From: Leucoraja erinacea
Lineage: Eukaryota
Direction: 5' to 3'
Length of the DNA stretch: 64,000 bases
Assembly (NCBI RefSeq): GCF_028641065.1
Contig: NC_073379.1
Coordinates: 186,001 to 250,000, forward strand
The notes beneath the pieces were generated by a model. That model saw nothing but the letters and a program-made list of their open reading frames with translations, had not been told where the DNA came from and ran no database searches. The position numbers and the translations under genes are program-made. Shown here piece after piece: positions 24,865-39,318 of the stretch (position 1 is the first letter of the stretch; each line of letters opens with the position of its first letter).

Positions 24865-26220
24865 CACAGAAAATAGGTGCAGGAGGAGGCCCTTCGGCCT
24901 ATCGAGCACGCACCACCATTCAATATGATCATCCAAAATCATTACCCCGTTCTTGCTTTCTCCCCATATCCCTTGATTCCGTTAGCCCCAAGTGGTATTT
25001 CTAGCTCTCTCTTGGAAATATCCAGTGAATTGGCCTCCACTGCCTTCTGAGGCAGAGAATTCCACAAATTCACAACTCTCTTGCTTAAAAAAAAAAAAGT
25101 TTTTCCTCATCTCGGTACTAAATGGCCTAACCCTTATTCTTAAACCGTGACCCATAGGTCTGAACTCCCCCAATATCAGGAACATTTTTCCTGCATCCAG
25201 CCTGTCCAAACCCTTAAGAATGATATATCTTTCTGTAAGATCTCCTCTCATCCTTCTTAATCCCTTCATTTAAGCCCAGTCGATCCATTCTTTCATCATA
25301 TGTCAGTCCAGACATCCCAGGAATTAACCCTGTGAACCTATGCTGTGCTCATTCATTGACACGAATGTCCTTCCGCAAATTAGGAGACCAAATTTGCACC
25401 AGATGCTCAGGTGTGTTCTCACCAGAGCCCTGTACAACCCACTACAGATGTCAGGCTAACTGGTCTAAAATTCCCTGTTTTCTCTTTCCCCTCTTTCTTA
25501 AAAGGTGGGGTTACATTAGGTACCCTCCAGTTCACAGGAACTAATCAAATGTCTATAGAACATTGGAAAATGATTACCAATACATCCACGATTTCAAGGG
25601 TCACCTCCTTGTGTTGTTTCGGATGCAGACCATCAGGCCCTGGGGATTTACAAGTCTTCTGTCCTAACAGTTTACCTAACAACATTTCCTGAATCATGTG
25701 GATTCCCTTCACTTCCTCCCTCCCACCAGATACTCCGTCCCCTTGTATTTCAGGAAGATTGTTTGTGTCTTCCTTAGTGAAGACAGAACCAAAGTATTTG
25801 TTTAACTGGTCTGCCAATTTCTTGTTTCCCAGTATAAATTAACCTGTTTCTGACTGTAAGGGGCCTATATTTGTCTTCACTAATATTTTGCCCGCAAGTT
25901 TCCTTTCATGCTCTATTTACCCCACTTAATTAATCCCTTTATCCTCCTGTTAAATTTTAAATTTCTCCCAGTCCACCGGTTTGTTGCTTTATCTGGCCAA
26001 TTTATATGCCTGGATTTAACATTCCCTAATTTCCATCATTTGCCACGGTTGAGCCGCCTTCCCTGTTTTATTTTTACACCTGACAGAGGTGAACAATTGG
26101 TGCAATTCATCCATACGATCTTTAAATATTTGCCATTGCATATCTACCGTCAAGCCTTTAAGTATCATTTGCCAGTTAATCCTAGCCAATTCCCGTATCA
26201 TGCCATCAAAAGCCAATACG
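24865..26220 (-). mobile_element. CR1 LINE fragments
   Basis: NKYFGSVFTKEDT, KSPGPDGLHP motifs and 3' UTR on the minus strand. Confidence 0.88.
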
Positions 26221-26319
26221 CGTCTCACACCATCAAAACCTGATTCAGTTTGAGCACAGTTATGAATAGTTATAGCACTAGATTCAGACTGCCAATCTCG
26301 AGAGAAGAGGTTTGCATAG

Positions 26320-27931
26320 CCTTTATAACATGAAGAGTTGAATATAGGAACAAAGAGGTCCTTCTGCAGTTGTACAGGGCCCTAGTCAGACCACACCTGG
26401 ACTATTGTGTACAGTTTTGGTCCCCTAATTTGAGGAAGGATATTCTTGCTATTCAGAGAGTGCAGCATTATGAGGGAGTGCAGCGCTAATGTTATCCCAC
26501 TTTTCAAGAGAGAGAAATCGGGGAATTACAGCCCAGTTAGCCTGACTTCGGTGATGGGAAAGATGTTGAAGTCAATTATTAAAGAGGTAATAATGGGGCA
26601 TTTGGATAGCAGTAAAAGGATTAGTCCAAATCAACATGGATTTATGAAAGGGAAATCATGCTTGACTAATCTTCTGGAATTTTTTGAGGATGTGACAAGT
26701 AAAATGGATGAAGGGGTGCCAGTGGATGTAGTGTATCTAGACTTTAAGAAAGCCTTTGATAAGGTCCCGCACGGGAGACTGGTGACTAAAATTAGAGCAC
26801 ATGGTATTGGGGGTAAGGTGTTGACATGGATAGAATATTGGTTGGTAGACCGGAAGCAAAGGGTAGGAGGGAACAGGTCCTTTTCAGAATGGCAGGCAGT
26901 GGCGAGTGGAGTGCTGCAAGGTTCGGTGTTGGGGCCGCAACTGTTTACCATATATATTGATGATTTGGAAGAGGGAATCAGGAGCAACATTAGCAAGTTT
27001 GCGGATGACACAAAGCTGGGTGGCAGTGTGAACTGTGAAGTGGATGTTAGGAGGTTGCAGGGTGACCTGGACAGGTTGAGGGAGTAGGCAGATTCGTGGC
27101 AGATACAGTATAATATAGATAAATATGAGGTTATCCACTTTGGCGGAAAAAACAAGGGGGCAAATTATTATCTCAATGGGATTAGGTTAGGGGGAGGTGA
27201 AGCGAGACCTGGGCATCCTTGTACACCGGTCACTGAAAGTTGGCTTACAGGTACAGCAGGCAGTGAAGAAAGCTAATGGAATGATAGCCTTCATAACAAG
27301 AGGATTTCAGTATAGGAGTAAAGAGGTTCTTCTGCAGTTGTAAAGGGCTCTGGTGAGACCACATATGGAGTATTGTGCACAGTTTTGGTCTCCTAATTTG
27401 AGGAAGGACATCCTTGTGATTGAGGCAGTGCAGCGTAGGTTCATGAGATTGATCCCTGGGATGGCGGAACTGTCATATGAGGAAAGATTGAAAAGACTAG
27501 GCTTGTATTCACTGGAGTTTAGAAGGATGAAGGAGGATGTTATGGAAACATATAAAATTATAAAAGGACTGGACAAGCTAGATGCAGGAAAAATTATCCC
27601 AATGTTGGGCGAGTCCAGAACCAGGGGCCATAGTCTTAGAATAAAGGGGCGGCCATTTAAGACTGAGATGAGAAGAATCTTTTTCACCCAGAGAGTTGTG
27701 AATTTATGGAATTCCCTGCCACAGAGGGCCGTGGAGGCCAAGTCACTGGATGGATTTAAGAGAGAGTTAGATAGAGCTCTCGGGGCTAGTGGAGTCAAGG
27801 GATATGGGGAGAAGGCAGGCACGGGTTATTGATAAGGGATGATCAGCCATGATCACAATGAATGGCGGTGCTGGCTCGAAGGGCTGAATGGCCTCCTCCT
27901 GCATCTATTTTCTATGTTTCTATGTTTCTAT
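26320..27931 (+). mobile_element. CR1 LINE (RT plus 3' tail)
   Basis: ORFs 26446-27087 (FADD) and 27353-27832; (TTTCTATG)n tail. Confidence 0.93.
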
Positions 27932-30390
27932 AGCACCTTGTTGCAGGATGTGGGGGGGGGGGGTGTTCTTCCTCACCACCACGTCGTTCTGTGCTTCAAA
28001 CCGGGCGTAGAACACGTTCAGTGCATCAGGCAGAGAGTCATCGCTGTCACAGGCTGGTGTTGATGTCCTGACGTTGGTGATGGCTTGGATGCCTTGCCTT
28101 AGCTGAAAAAGGCTAAAGGTGCAAAAGTCAAAAGTCAAAGTTTATGTACAAAAAGCGGAATTGAAAGATTCAGTCATGAACCAATTCGTATACAATTTTT
28201 TCACCAGAGAAAAGAAGGATGGGGGGTACCACATCATCTTGGATTTGCCCTAACTTAACACCTTTGCGCAGTCCAAACATTTCAAAATGGAAAGCTTTGT
28301 TACTGCCAAACAATTGATTTCCAGGGGATGTTACATGGCACGCATTGATCTTAAAGATGTTTATTACTCAGTACCTGTTCACAAGGATCACAGGATGTAC
28401 CTGAAATTTAACTGGATGGGGCAGCAATGGCAGTTTAAAGCGTTGCCTGATGGTTTAACCTCAGCTCCCAGGTTATTCACTAAAATACTGAAACCTGCTC
28501 TTGCTCTATTTACGAGCGCAGGAACACATAGTAATGGCTTATTTGGATGATATCCTCATTATAGGAAAAACATTGGAATTGGCTATTTCAGCGGTCTCGG
28601 CCACCAAACTTTTATTTGAGCAGTTAGGGTTCCTAATTCACCCAGTAAAATCCAGGTTGACACCATCCAGAGTCATGGACTATTTGGGAGTTACTATGAA
28701 CTCCAATCACCTGTCTGTGACTTTGCCCCAGGGCAAAAGATTGAAGTTAATAGAAGCCTGCAATCATCTTATCACACAGCAGCTGCCTTCAATTCGGCAA
28801 GTGGCCAGCTTAATTGGGAAATTGGTGGCCACATTTCCAGCAGCTAAATATGGACCTTTGCACTATCAGCAATTACAAAGAGCAAAGGTGCAGGCACTCA
28901 AACATAATTCGGGCCACTTTGACAGGGCTATGCGATTATCGGCTGAAGCTATTGCCGAGTTGCAGTGGTGGAAAGCCAATATTGTGCATTGTCCTGGCAA
29001 TATTTCAATTGAAAGTCCATCTGTTGTTTTACAGACTGATGCCAGTGCTCTGGGGTGGGGCACCACTGATACTGTTTCTAGCTGCGGTATGGAATGTGCA
29101 TGAACTATCTTTTCTAGATGGAATGTGCATGAACTATCTTTTTTACAGGTGCACGGTGTTAACTATTTGGAGTTGCTCACAGACCTGTATGGTGTGAAAG
29201 CTTATTGTGGCCACATGCACTACCTGCATGTTCAGCTACAGATAGATAACACCACAGCGGTGGCATACATAAATCACATGGGTGGTATCAAGTCAGTATC
29301 CTGTGACAAATTGGCTAACATTATTTGACAATGGTGCATCATTCAAAATATTTGCGTTTCAGCTATCTACCTTCCAGGTAGGTTCAACACAGTGGCGGAC
29401 ACCAGGTCACGTAAATTCAATAACAACACATAATGGGTGTTGATTCATAGAGTATTTAATGACATTGTTTCTAGGTATGGAACACCGGATATGGATTTGT
29501 TCGCTTCAAGAAAATCATCAGTTACCAAAGTATGTTGCATGGGAACCAGACCCAGGGGCAGTAGCAGTAGACTCATTCGCGCTACATAGAGGTGAAATGT
29601 TTTTCTACACGTTCCCCCCATTCTGCCTTGTCAGTCGATGGCTGCAAAAGATTCAGCAGGATTCTACCTCTGGCAGTCTGGTAGTCCCTGACCCGCCCAC
29701 TCAGCCATGGTATCCTCTTATCCTGGGCATGGTTGTAGAACCTGTTATGAAGGTTCCTAAAAGCAGGTCTCTGTTAATTAATCCCATTTCTGGTGAAGTG
29801 CATCCTCTACATGATTGGCTGGACTTATTAATTTGCAGGTTTTGAGAAGACTTTTCCTTGGACTGGGACTAGCTGAACGTATGGTGGATGTTCTAACTAC
29901 GGCCTGGAGAAGTAGTACTCAGAAACAATATGTCTCGTACATTAGCAAGTGGGAAGTATTCTGTGCACAGTCCGATATATTGTATGATGCAGCGCACATT
30001 ACAGATGTTCTGGAAACATAGCATAGAAAATAGGTGCAGGAGTAGGCCATTCGGCCCTTTGAGCCTGCACCGCCATTCAATATGATCATGGCTGATCATC
30101 CAAATCAATATCTGATACATGCCTTCTCTCCATACCCCCTGATCCCTTTAGCCACAAGGACCACATCTAACTCCCTCTTAAATCCAGCCAATGAACTGGC
30201 CTCAACTACCTTCTGTGGCAGAGAATTCCACAGATTCACCACTCTCTGTGTGAAAAATGTTTTTCTCATCTCGGTCCTAAAAGATTTCCCCCTTATCTTA
30301 AACTGTGACCCCTTGTTCTGGACTTCCTCAACATCGGGAATAATCTGCCTGCATCTAGCATGTCCAACTCCTTAAGAATTTTGAAAGTTT

Positions 30391-33300
30391 AATTTACAAA
30401 ATTAGAACAGACAAGAGAGAAACACTAACACTGCTTAAATATATTAATGATAGATTTTTACAATACTATCAAAAATTGTATTCATCTAAAATGACAGAAC
30501 AATCAGCAGGAATGGAAACATTTCAACAGATGGTCCTGATGGTCTTTAAATCTTTAAAAAAGTTCTGAATTTTAAAAAAAATTATGATCTGGTTTCTCCA
30601 CGCCTACAGACACTGTACAAATACGCTTACACTCAACAGAAACTCCCAGAAACTCTAAATGAATCTACAATCAGACTCATACCAAAAATGGATAAGGTTC
30701 TTGAAGACCCAGATTCATATAGAGTAATAGCCCTTTTAAATACTGATCAGAAAATATTAACTAAAATTCTATCTCATAGATTGAGCTTAGTGATTAACAA
30801 ATTAATACACCCCGACCAAACAGGTTTTATTCCAAAACGTTATTCATTTTATAATCTGAGAAGACTATTCAATATTATATACTCCAATAGAATTCCTAAT
30901 GCAGATCTAGCAATTATTTCGTTAGATGCTGAAAAAGCATTTGACCAGGTAGAATGGACATATTTATTTTCGGTGATGGAAACATTTCAATTGGGAGAGA
31001 AGTACTGTACATGGGTTAAATTGTTATACTCTAATCCAACAGCTAGAATATTAACAAACCAAATGTTATCAACTAAATTTAATCTCTCTAGAGGTTGTAG
31101 ACAAGGATGTTCACTATCCCAACTATTATTTGCTCTTGCAATCGAACCCTTAGCAGAAAGTGTTAGAACCCATACAGGAATATACGGATATAACACTAGA
31201 GAAACAAGGAATAAAATTTCCTTATATGCAGATGATGTACTAATATATATTACAAAGTTAGAAACTAGTATTCCAAATCTATTAAATTTAATAACTCAAT
31301 TTGGTCAGTTCTCAGGATATAGAATTAATTGGAATAAAAGTGAAATCATGCCAATAACAAAACTCAATCTACATACATTACAACAATCCCCTTTTAAAAT
31401 AGTTAAAGATAAATTTAAATACTTAGGAATCTATGTAACTAAGACATATACTTCTTTATTTAAACTACATTTTCCACCCTTACTGAATAAACTACACAAG
31501 AATATTCAATACTGGAAAACACTTCCCATTTCAATGCTTGGTAGAATTAATGCTATAAAAATGATCTTCTTACCGCAACTACTGTACCTATTTCAATTAA
31601 TCCCGATATATATCCCAAAAACTGTTTTCAAAAAAGTCGACTCCATTGTTACAAGTTTTATCTGGGATTATAAGAATCATAGAATAAGTAAAAAACATTT
31701 ATGTAAGTCAAAGATAAATGGAGGTTTGGCTTTGCCAAATTTCTTGTTTTATTTTTGGGCAGTCCATATTAAAAACATGAATTTCTGGCTGGAAGAAATG
31801 GATCAACAACCAGATTGGTTAAGGATGGAAAAGGAAGACTGTTTACCTTTTGAAATTGGACCGATCATATTTGCTACCACAAAACTGCACAAAAAAAACT
31901 ATAAGGAAAACCCCATAATACATAGTGGAATACGAATTTGGAAACAATTAAAAAAAGTTTTAAAATTGAATAATATACCACTATGCCTCCCCATTGTAAA
32001 TAATCCTTTATTCAAACCATCCTTTTTGGATAAGGGTTTCACACAATGGAAAAATTATGGAATTAAAAAGATTGGACATCTTTATGGGAAAGGCACTTTT
32101 CTTTCATTTCAGGAGTTACAACAGAATCATGGACTGCACTCAAATAATTTCTTCAGATATCTACAAATTAGAGATTATGTTAAATCTAACACACAAGTCT
32201 ACAGGACTAGGGAACCAGAAATCCTTGATGAATGTTTGAACAAGCATCCTAACACTGAAAAATTAATAGCTTATATTTATAACACCCTCCTAAACAACGA
32301 GGTACCACCGACGGAACCATATAGACACACATGGGAAAATGAATTAGGTCATCCTATAACAAAAGATTTGTGGGACGAAAGTTTACAACATATACATCAA
32401 TGTTCGTTAAATGCCAGACATGCTTTAATACAATTTAAAGTCTTACATAGATTACACTACTCTAAAATAAAACTAAATAGAATCTTCCCACAAATCTCTC
32501 CTATTTGTGATAAATGTCTACATCTAGATGCTAATTTAACACATACGTTTGCAAATTGTATAAAAATTAAACATTTCTGGACTGATATTTTTGAAATAAT
32601 TTCAGAAGTTATTAATACAAAACTGGATCCAAACTCAAAATTAATAATACTTGGAATATCAGAGCAAAGTTTAACACTCACAACAAGCCAAAGAAATTTC
32701 CTCGACTACAGTATAATAACCGGGAAAAAATTAATATTAAAATTTTGGAAAGGCCCTACGACCCCCACAATTAAAATGTGGATTGTGGAAATGTCGGAGA
32801 CCCTATATCTAGAAAGAATTAGACTTGTCTTAATGGACAAACAAGAACTTTTTGATAAAATATGGGCTCCATTCATTAATAGTAAGATTAAACGAGTACT
32901 TACCAGTATGAAGTTTGATCTGTATTTTATGAGGAGTTATGATGAGTGATTACGTGAAGAACTCGCCCAGTGCGCTGTTGCGGCATACTTCGAAGCAGAG
33001 GTGTGGAATCACAGGATAGACACAATATTTGAAGTAACATAGTAAAGATCAGTGAGACATCAGTTTATTAGTTTGATCTATATATTGAGGGTGGGAGCGG
33101 AGGGCACGTAATCCCTCATCATAACTCCTCATAAAATACAGATCAAACTTCATACTGGTAAGTACTCGTTTAATCTTACTATTTTACTTCGGAGTCACGT
33201 GAGCGATTCCGTGAAGATTTCAAAGGTCTGTGATTTCAAACCGTGTAACAGTTTTTATTTCACTCACTGCCGAAGTTTTTGAGGGAGGAAGTGTTATCGT

Positions 33301-36300
33301 AATCAACCAATGGATCTGCTTTCACAAGAAACAGAAAGGTATTTGTTAACAATAACAACATAAATAGCTCCCCTGAGCTTAAATTAATATTGCAGTTTGT
33401 AATATTCTTTCTGCAATTAAATCAGGCTTATCAACGGTTTACAATAAAAAATGTTCTGAACGTCGTTTCCCTTGACCATCCTGCCGTATTGAGAATGTGG
33501 TCAACCGGGATGTCCATTCGTTCAGCCGCTGATATCAATGCTGCCCTAGTGGAATGGGATTTAAATGTATTATTATCTATTCCGGCAGCTTTCAGTACCT
33601 GTTTGAGCCACCTTGAAGTGGTTTGGCTCGTTACCCCGTCTTGGGGTTTCTGTGGTTGACCCATAGGCTTTCCTCTCCCTCTAAGATTGTGGGTTGTGTC
33701 TATATATTGTTGTAGATGGGTCACCACACTCAACCTGGACTCTGGTGGGTAGGCCCGGAATCCCACCAGTGAATTGGGCGTTCCTGGTCCATATAACCAT
33801 ATAACAATTGCAGCACGGAAAAACAGGCCATCTCGACCCTTCTAGTCCGTGCCGAAGTCATAATCTCGCCTAGTCCCATATACCTGCGAGTTAGGTTTTT
33901 ACCAGACCTAGAATGATGAACGTGATCCGTCTGAGGTAATCACCATGTTATCCAGTCTAGTTTTATGGAGTGACTGGACTCTGTGAGCGTAACGAGAGCC
34001 ATAAGCATGAGCGTTTTTAACATAGATTGAGCAAGACTGAGGGATCTGGCTGGTGCCATTCTCTGAGATATGTCAATATCACACCGATATCCCATGCATG
34101 GGTATACCTGGGTTTTTGGGGCTTATTATTATAATTGCCCTTCATAAGTTTATCTTCAGTGGATGGGATCCCATGCTCTGTTGTGCTGCTGTTTTTAGAT
34201 AAGCAGACAAGGCGCTTCATGCTGTATTTACGGCACTGTAACTCACCTTTTAATCATGGTGTAGATGGTCCAGGAACTCCAATACGTCAGTGGTTGAATA
34301 GTTTGGTATGTTGTCCCTGCGTCGTGGCAGTATTTTTGCCATGTTTGCTCTTGGTGACTGTTCGCAGGGATGCCGACATGGTGGTAATGGTTCATTTGGA
34401 TAATCCCAGTCCCTGGTAAGGTCTATTCAAAACCTACACCCAGGAGTTTGATGTTTTTATGGCATGGGTGGCTTATGCCTGATACTGGGTTGAGTCAGCA
34501 ACCATGGTCCACTAGGGAAATCCATAGGTGACTTCCCACCATGTCGTGATGAACTGGGAACCATGGCTGTGTAGGCCGGTCGGGCACGTTCAATATCTCG
34601 GAGACAGATTCCATCTGTATTGCGAAGTGCCCGACTGATGAGGCAGAAGGGAGGAAGGCAAAGCAGAAATTCCCCCTTCCAGCGTGTAGGTATCTATCGC
34701 TGCTGCCTCTGATCTGGTTCCTAAGTCACATACATAGGTTACTGGTGATTCCGTCTTGTGCAACCAAATTGATATCTGGCGTTCAAACTGCTTAATACCT
34801 TTAGCTACATTCACCATCTTTTGTAGTTTTGGTGAATATATTCGATACAAATTCCAATGGTTCATGTTTACTCCCATGATCCGTATAGTAATGAGCCTTT
34901 CTAGTTCAGCTTGACCTTCTCGCTTCTCTTTCTTAGAGGGAGAAAATGCCGTTTGGGTGCATTGCTGAACTGGCGGTAATATGCCCAATTTGAATTCAAG
35001 TTTGTATCCACTAATACTGTTGAGTGTATATTAGTTATTTGTGACAGCACCCCATGCTTTTATCAACAAGTGTAAATGCCCCCCCCCCCCCCCCCCCGCA
35101 GTTAGTAGAACACTCCTTATTTTGTGTAAACTGGGAGGAACCAGACTACCTACCTCCATGTTCATTGTTTTTTCATGAAGGCTGTTTTGCTGGTATGCTG
35201 GTGCTGTCGGTGGGGCGGCGCATTTTCCCACGGCCACTCTGGGCCCCTGTCTAAAAAGAACTTTGGGGGTAATGTGAGGCGGTCGCCAGGCTTTCACCAG
35301 TCCTTGTTCGATATTTGCTGGTGGATCCGAGGGGTGCTGCCAGCTGGGTGTTGGATGCGATGTCCTGCTCGTTCCATGGCCTGCCCTCATGAGGCGCACG
35401 GGTTTAGCTGCCTCTCTCCCGCAGCAGCGGTTTGCATAGCCCCGTATATTTGGGGTTGAGGGCAGGTCTTATATGCACAAATGTCAGTCGAGTATCCCAA
35501 ATTTGGGAACATCTTAGGCGTCAGCACACTCGTAGTGCAACGGGATAGTCTCATCCTGGGAGAACCACCTTGGTCATCATGGCGTCTCGCCTGCTAGGTG
35601 AGTATGATCCGTGGAAAAAACGAGCAAAGGCGGTGACATCTTGACCCTTCTGTTAGGAGCTTCAGAATTCGCTGCTTTTAGCTCTTGTCTGCGAGTCTGC
35701 TGACCCAGCTGCCTGCAGATTTACCTCTAGAAAGGCCTACTCCTGCAGGGCTTTGTTTGGGAAGATGGTCGCGTGGAGGAGCCATGTAGTGGCCCACGAC
35801 ACCCAGCAGCTCTTCCTGATCCTGCTCCCCTGGCATACTCCTATTCTCGTCCGCCTGCCCAGCGTTTAAGCCAGCCCAGCCCTGGCCTCCTTAGCTAGCC
35901 TCAAAAGAGGGAGCAAAAGGGTGTGCTATAAATTGGAGGAGGCATAGCTCAAACTCCGTTGTTGCATCAATCCCTCGACAAGGGAGATGGCTAGTGCAAT
36001 AGCACTGGGGTAGGAGTGTCAGCTCCCTTGGCATTCAGCCAGTGACCCCTCGTTTTCCTGGAGGTTTTGTAACTCCATGACCTCCTCTGGCTTGGGGAGA
36101 CAGACATACTTGTTTTTGCTGTCTCCAGCCTGTTCCAGTATTGGAGGAAGTTGGTTCCTGTTAGACCTAAATTTTTGGTAAGGTTTTGTCTTACCTGTAG
36201 TTAGAGGCTGCCTGCCGTTTTTCAGGCGGCATTGTAGCGGTTCCCGGGCGGCGATTCTCCTTGTCAGGAGTCTGCAGGGCTGCCGGTCGGGTTTTTTAAA

Positions 36301-36963
36301 TTTCCCTCCGGTCCGCTGCTGTTAACCAAACAGCTGTTCAGCGGACCGGCATCAGCGCAGCTCCCTGTCAGCGATCCGCAGCGTGTGCGGTCCCGTTTGC
36401 TCCTATCCCCCTCCACTGTCGGCTCCTTCGCTGGAGTCGAACGGGGGCCGCTTCCTCTGCTGCTTTGCTCCCCCTGGAGCAAAAAACCACAAGGCCCGAT
36501 TAAGGTAGGTACTTACCTCACGTTCCTTGGTTTGCGGGAGCGCCTGACTCCCGCTGGCCGCGTGTGCACAGCTGTGCGATAATGCCGCAACAGCGCACTG
36601 GGCGGGTTCTTCACGGAATCACTCACGTGACTCCGAAGTAAAATTATCTGACGGGATAGATTGGCCCAACTGAAACTTAAACTCAGGATTAGATGAAAAG
36701 TCATACTTTACAATCTACGAACCTATCTCCAATGATGTATTATAAGTAATCCATTCCACCTTTTTTGTATTTTTGATATATGTAACTCTTTTTTCTCTCT
36801 TTCTCTCTTTTTCTATATAAAAAAACACTAGAAGCAGAAGTAATCGACAATTGAAAATTTTAGTAATGTATGACTGATGTATATGAAAAGTTTTTTTACT
36901 ATAATATGTAACTATACTTTATAATATGACTACTAATAAAAATATTATTAAAAAAAAAAAAAA
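30391..36963 (+). mobile_element. 5'-truncated L1/Tx1-like LINE; ORF2 open over 30688-32880, resuming 36645-36659; poly(A) at about 36950-36963
   Basis: IHPDQTGFI, SLDAEKAFD, RGCRQGCSLS, LYADD and C-terminal Cys/His motifs; target duplication AAG(G)AATTTTG(A/T)AAGTTT at 30374-30390 and 36965-36982. Confidence 0.92.
32878..36644 (-). mobile_element. End-to-end DIRS-like element (inner) with intact termini and ICR but decayed ORFs
   Basis: AAT at both ends; ICR at about 33105-33216; YR remnant 33431-33766 (FKSHSTRAA, AGWSRETTF). Confidence 0.88.
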
Positions 36964-37775
36964 TAAGGAATTTTGTAAGTTTCTATAAGATCCCCCCTCA
37001 ATCTTCTAAATTCTAGCGAGTACAAGCCGAGTCTATCCAGTCTTTCTTCTTATGAAAATCATGACATCCCAGGAATCAGTCTTCAGTTGCTCTCGGTTGC
37101 ATTTCGATGAGAAAATAAGCTACAGTGCTCTAAATTGTGCCAGAAGTGCGCTGTCGTCATACTTGCTGCTTAGTTCAGAACACCAGGCTGTGGGATCTCA
37201 TCCTTTAGTTTCAAGGTTCATGAGGGGAGTCTTTAATTTGAACCTTCCTAGACCCAAATATACTGAAATTTGGGATGTTGGGGTGGTCCTAAATTTACTT
37301 TGCTCATGGTCTCCAGCATCTTCCCTGTCTCTACTCCGGCTTAGGCACAAGGTGGCCATGCTCATGGCTTTAGTGTCAGCTCACCGGGTCCAGTCCTTGA
37401 GGAAGCTACGTCTGGACAAGATGCTCACCTCTGCCAGTGGGTTCATCTTTTTTGTGTACGACCCTATCAAACAGAGTACACCAGGTACCTTGCGACTTAA
37501 ATTAGAATTCATGGCATACCCTTTGGATCCAAAATTATGTTTAGTTGCTCACCTCCAGCAATACATCAAGGTCACCAAGGGGCTAAGGGGGTCTGAGAGC
37601 ATTATTGGTCAGCCACATGAAACCACATAAGAGGGTCTCAACTCAGACCATTTCCAGGTGGCTGAAACAGGTTCTGGCGGATGCTGGGGATGATACTAAA
37701 ATATTTAAATCTCATTCCACCAGGGCTGCAGCAACGTCCGCAGTGAGGGTCATGGACGTCCCGCTAGACCAGATT

Positions 37776-39318
37776 TAAAAAAGAAAATTAAATATATTTT
37801 TATTTATTAGAAGTACAGTAAATTACAGTAGTACAAGCCAGATATATCTTATTACATTTAATGTACCCCTTCATTTGTTAAGCTTTAAGGAAAAATAAAA
37901 ATAAAGAAAGTGAGAAAGTGAGAGAGCGACAGTTGTGTTCGTGCAAAAGAGTGATCAATAAAAATTAAAAAAAATTTAAACCCATTAGTTAGAGAAAAGA
38001 ATTAAGAAATAGACCCTAGAAAAGAACGAAGGAAAAAAGAAAAAAAAACAAAAGATCTATTATAAAAACCACGCAAAAGGGATATACCAACTTCATATTT
38101 TTCCTCCCCCCTTACCAGATCCTGACACCATTTATTTTTTGAAGTACTGATGCACCTTATTCTTGTAGTAAGTCGATAAATGCAGGTCACGTCTTTTGTA
38201 AGTGGTCTGATTTACCTGCAAGGAGGAGTCTCATATCTTTCAGGTGTAATGTTTCAAACATATTTGAAATCCACATATTTATTGTTGGGTTACGAGCGTT
38301 CTTCCAAAATTTAAGTATAAGCTTTTTTCCCATTATTAGCCCATAATTAAATAGATTATTTTGAAACACATTTAGTTCAGGGCTACCTTCCATTGTTCCA
38401 AAGATAATCCACTCAGGTTTTGGTATCAGTTTTATTTTGAATAATTTTGTGAAGTTTTCAAAAATTTCAGTCCAGAATTTTAGAATTTTTATACAAAAAG
38501 CAAATGAGTGTGTACGCCTGAGATCAGCATTTATCACAAACAGGTGAGATGTTAGGAAAAAGTTTACTTATTTTGGTTTTTGAATAGTATAATCTGTGTA
38601 AGATTTTGAATTGATTTTGGGTGTGTCTAACATTAATCGAGCATTTATGCACATATTGTAAATGTTTATCCCACCTCTCTTTTGAAATTTTTATAGCTAG
38701 TTCTTGTTCCCAGTCTCTTCTAATACCGGCAGTTGATGGTATTTCTATATTTAAAATAATGTTATACAAGTATGATATTAAGTTTGATGATTCGGCCTTT
38801 GGCTTCATTGCTTCATCCAGTAAATCTGGTGGCATATTATAATAATCTTGTGTATATTTTTTCAGGTAGTCAGATATTTGAAAATATTTAAAGTAATGGT
38901 TATTTCTCAAATTATATTTTATTTGTAATTGTTGGAATGATAATAATTTTCCATTTTCGTACAAGTCTCCGAGTGTTTTAATTTCTATTCTGTCCCATTG
39001 TGTAAATGATTTATCTATAATAGAGGGTTTACACGATAGGTTATTAACTATTGGAGATAACAGATAGATTTCTTAATTTTAGGTTATGTTTCAATTGTTT
39101 CCAGGTTCTAATTGTACTGTGTATAATTGGATTTATATTATAATTTGTGTTATTCAAGTTCATTGGTGAGAGGAGGATCGCTCCAATATTACAAGGGGAG
39201 CAGTCCTCTCTCTCCATTATAATCCAATCCACATGCTGGGCAGAATTGTGGAGAATTTAGTGATTTCCATTCCCAAATATTTAAATTTTTCTGTGACTAT
39301 TTTAAAAGGGAATTTTGA
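37776..39318 (-). mobile_element. L1/Tx1-like LINE 3' part (degenerate)
   Basis: KCSINVRHTQNQFKILHRLYYS, GKKLILKFWK; homologous to the L1 at 30.4-32.9 kb. Confidence 0.88.

Larger units (their letters stand above)
30014..37080 (-). mobile_element. CR1 3' fragment, present as 30014-30390 and 36965-37080, split by an L1
   Basis: CR1 sequence is colinear across the interruption. Confidence 0.82.
28100..37775 (+). mobile_element. DIRS-like retrotransposon (outer element), split at about 30014 and resuming at about 37085
   Basis: RT (YLDDILI), RNase H (TDASALGWG, IDNTTAVAYIN), methyltransferase-like region; YR reads ...TDVLE | LSRLHFDEKISYSALNCARSAL...HSTRAA. Confidence 0.88.

Noticed and set aside
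30688-32949. 753-aa ORF as a host gene
   Set aside because: It is L1/Tx1 ORF2; its last 22 or so residues are read-through into the DIRS terminus
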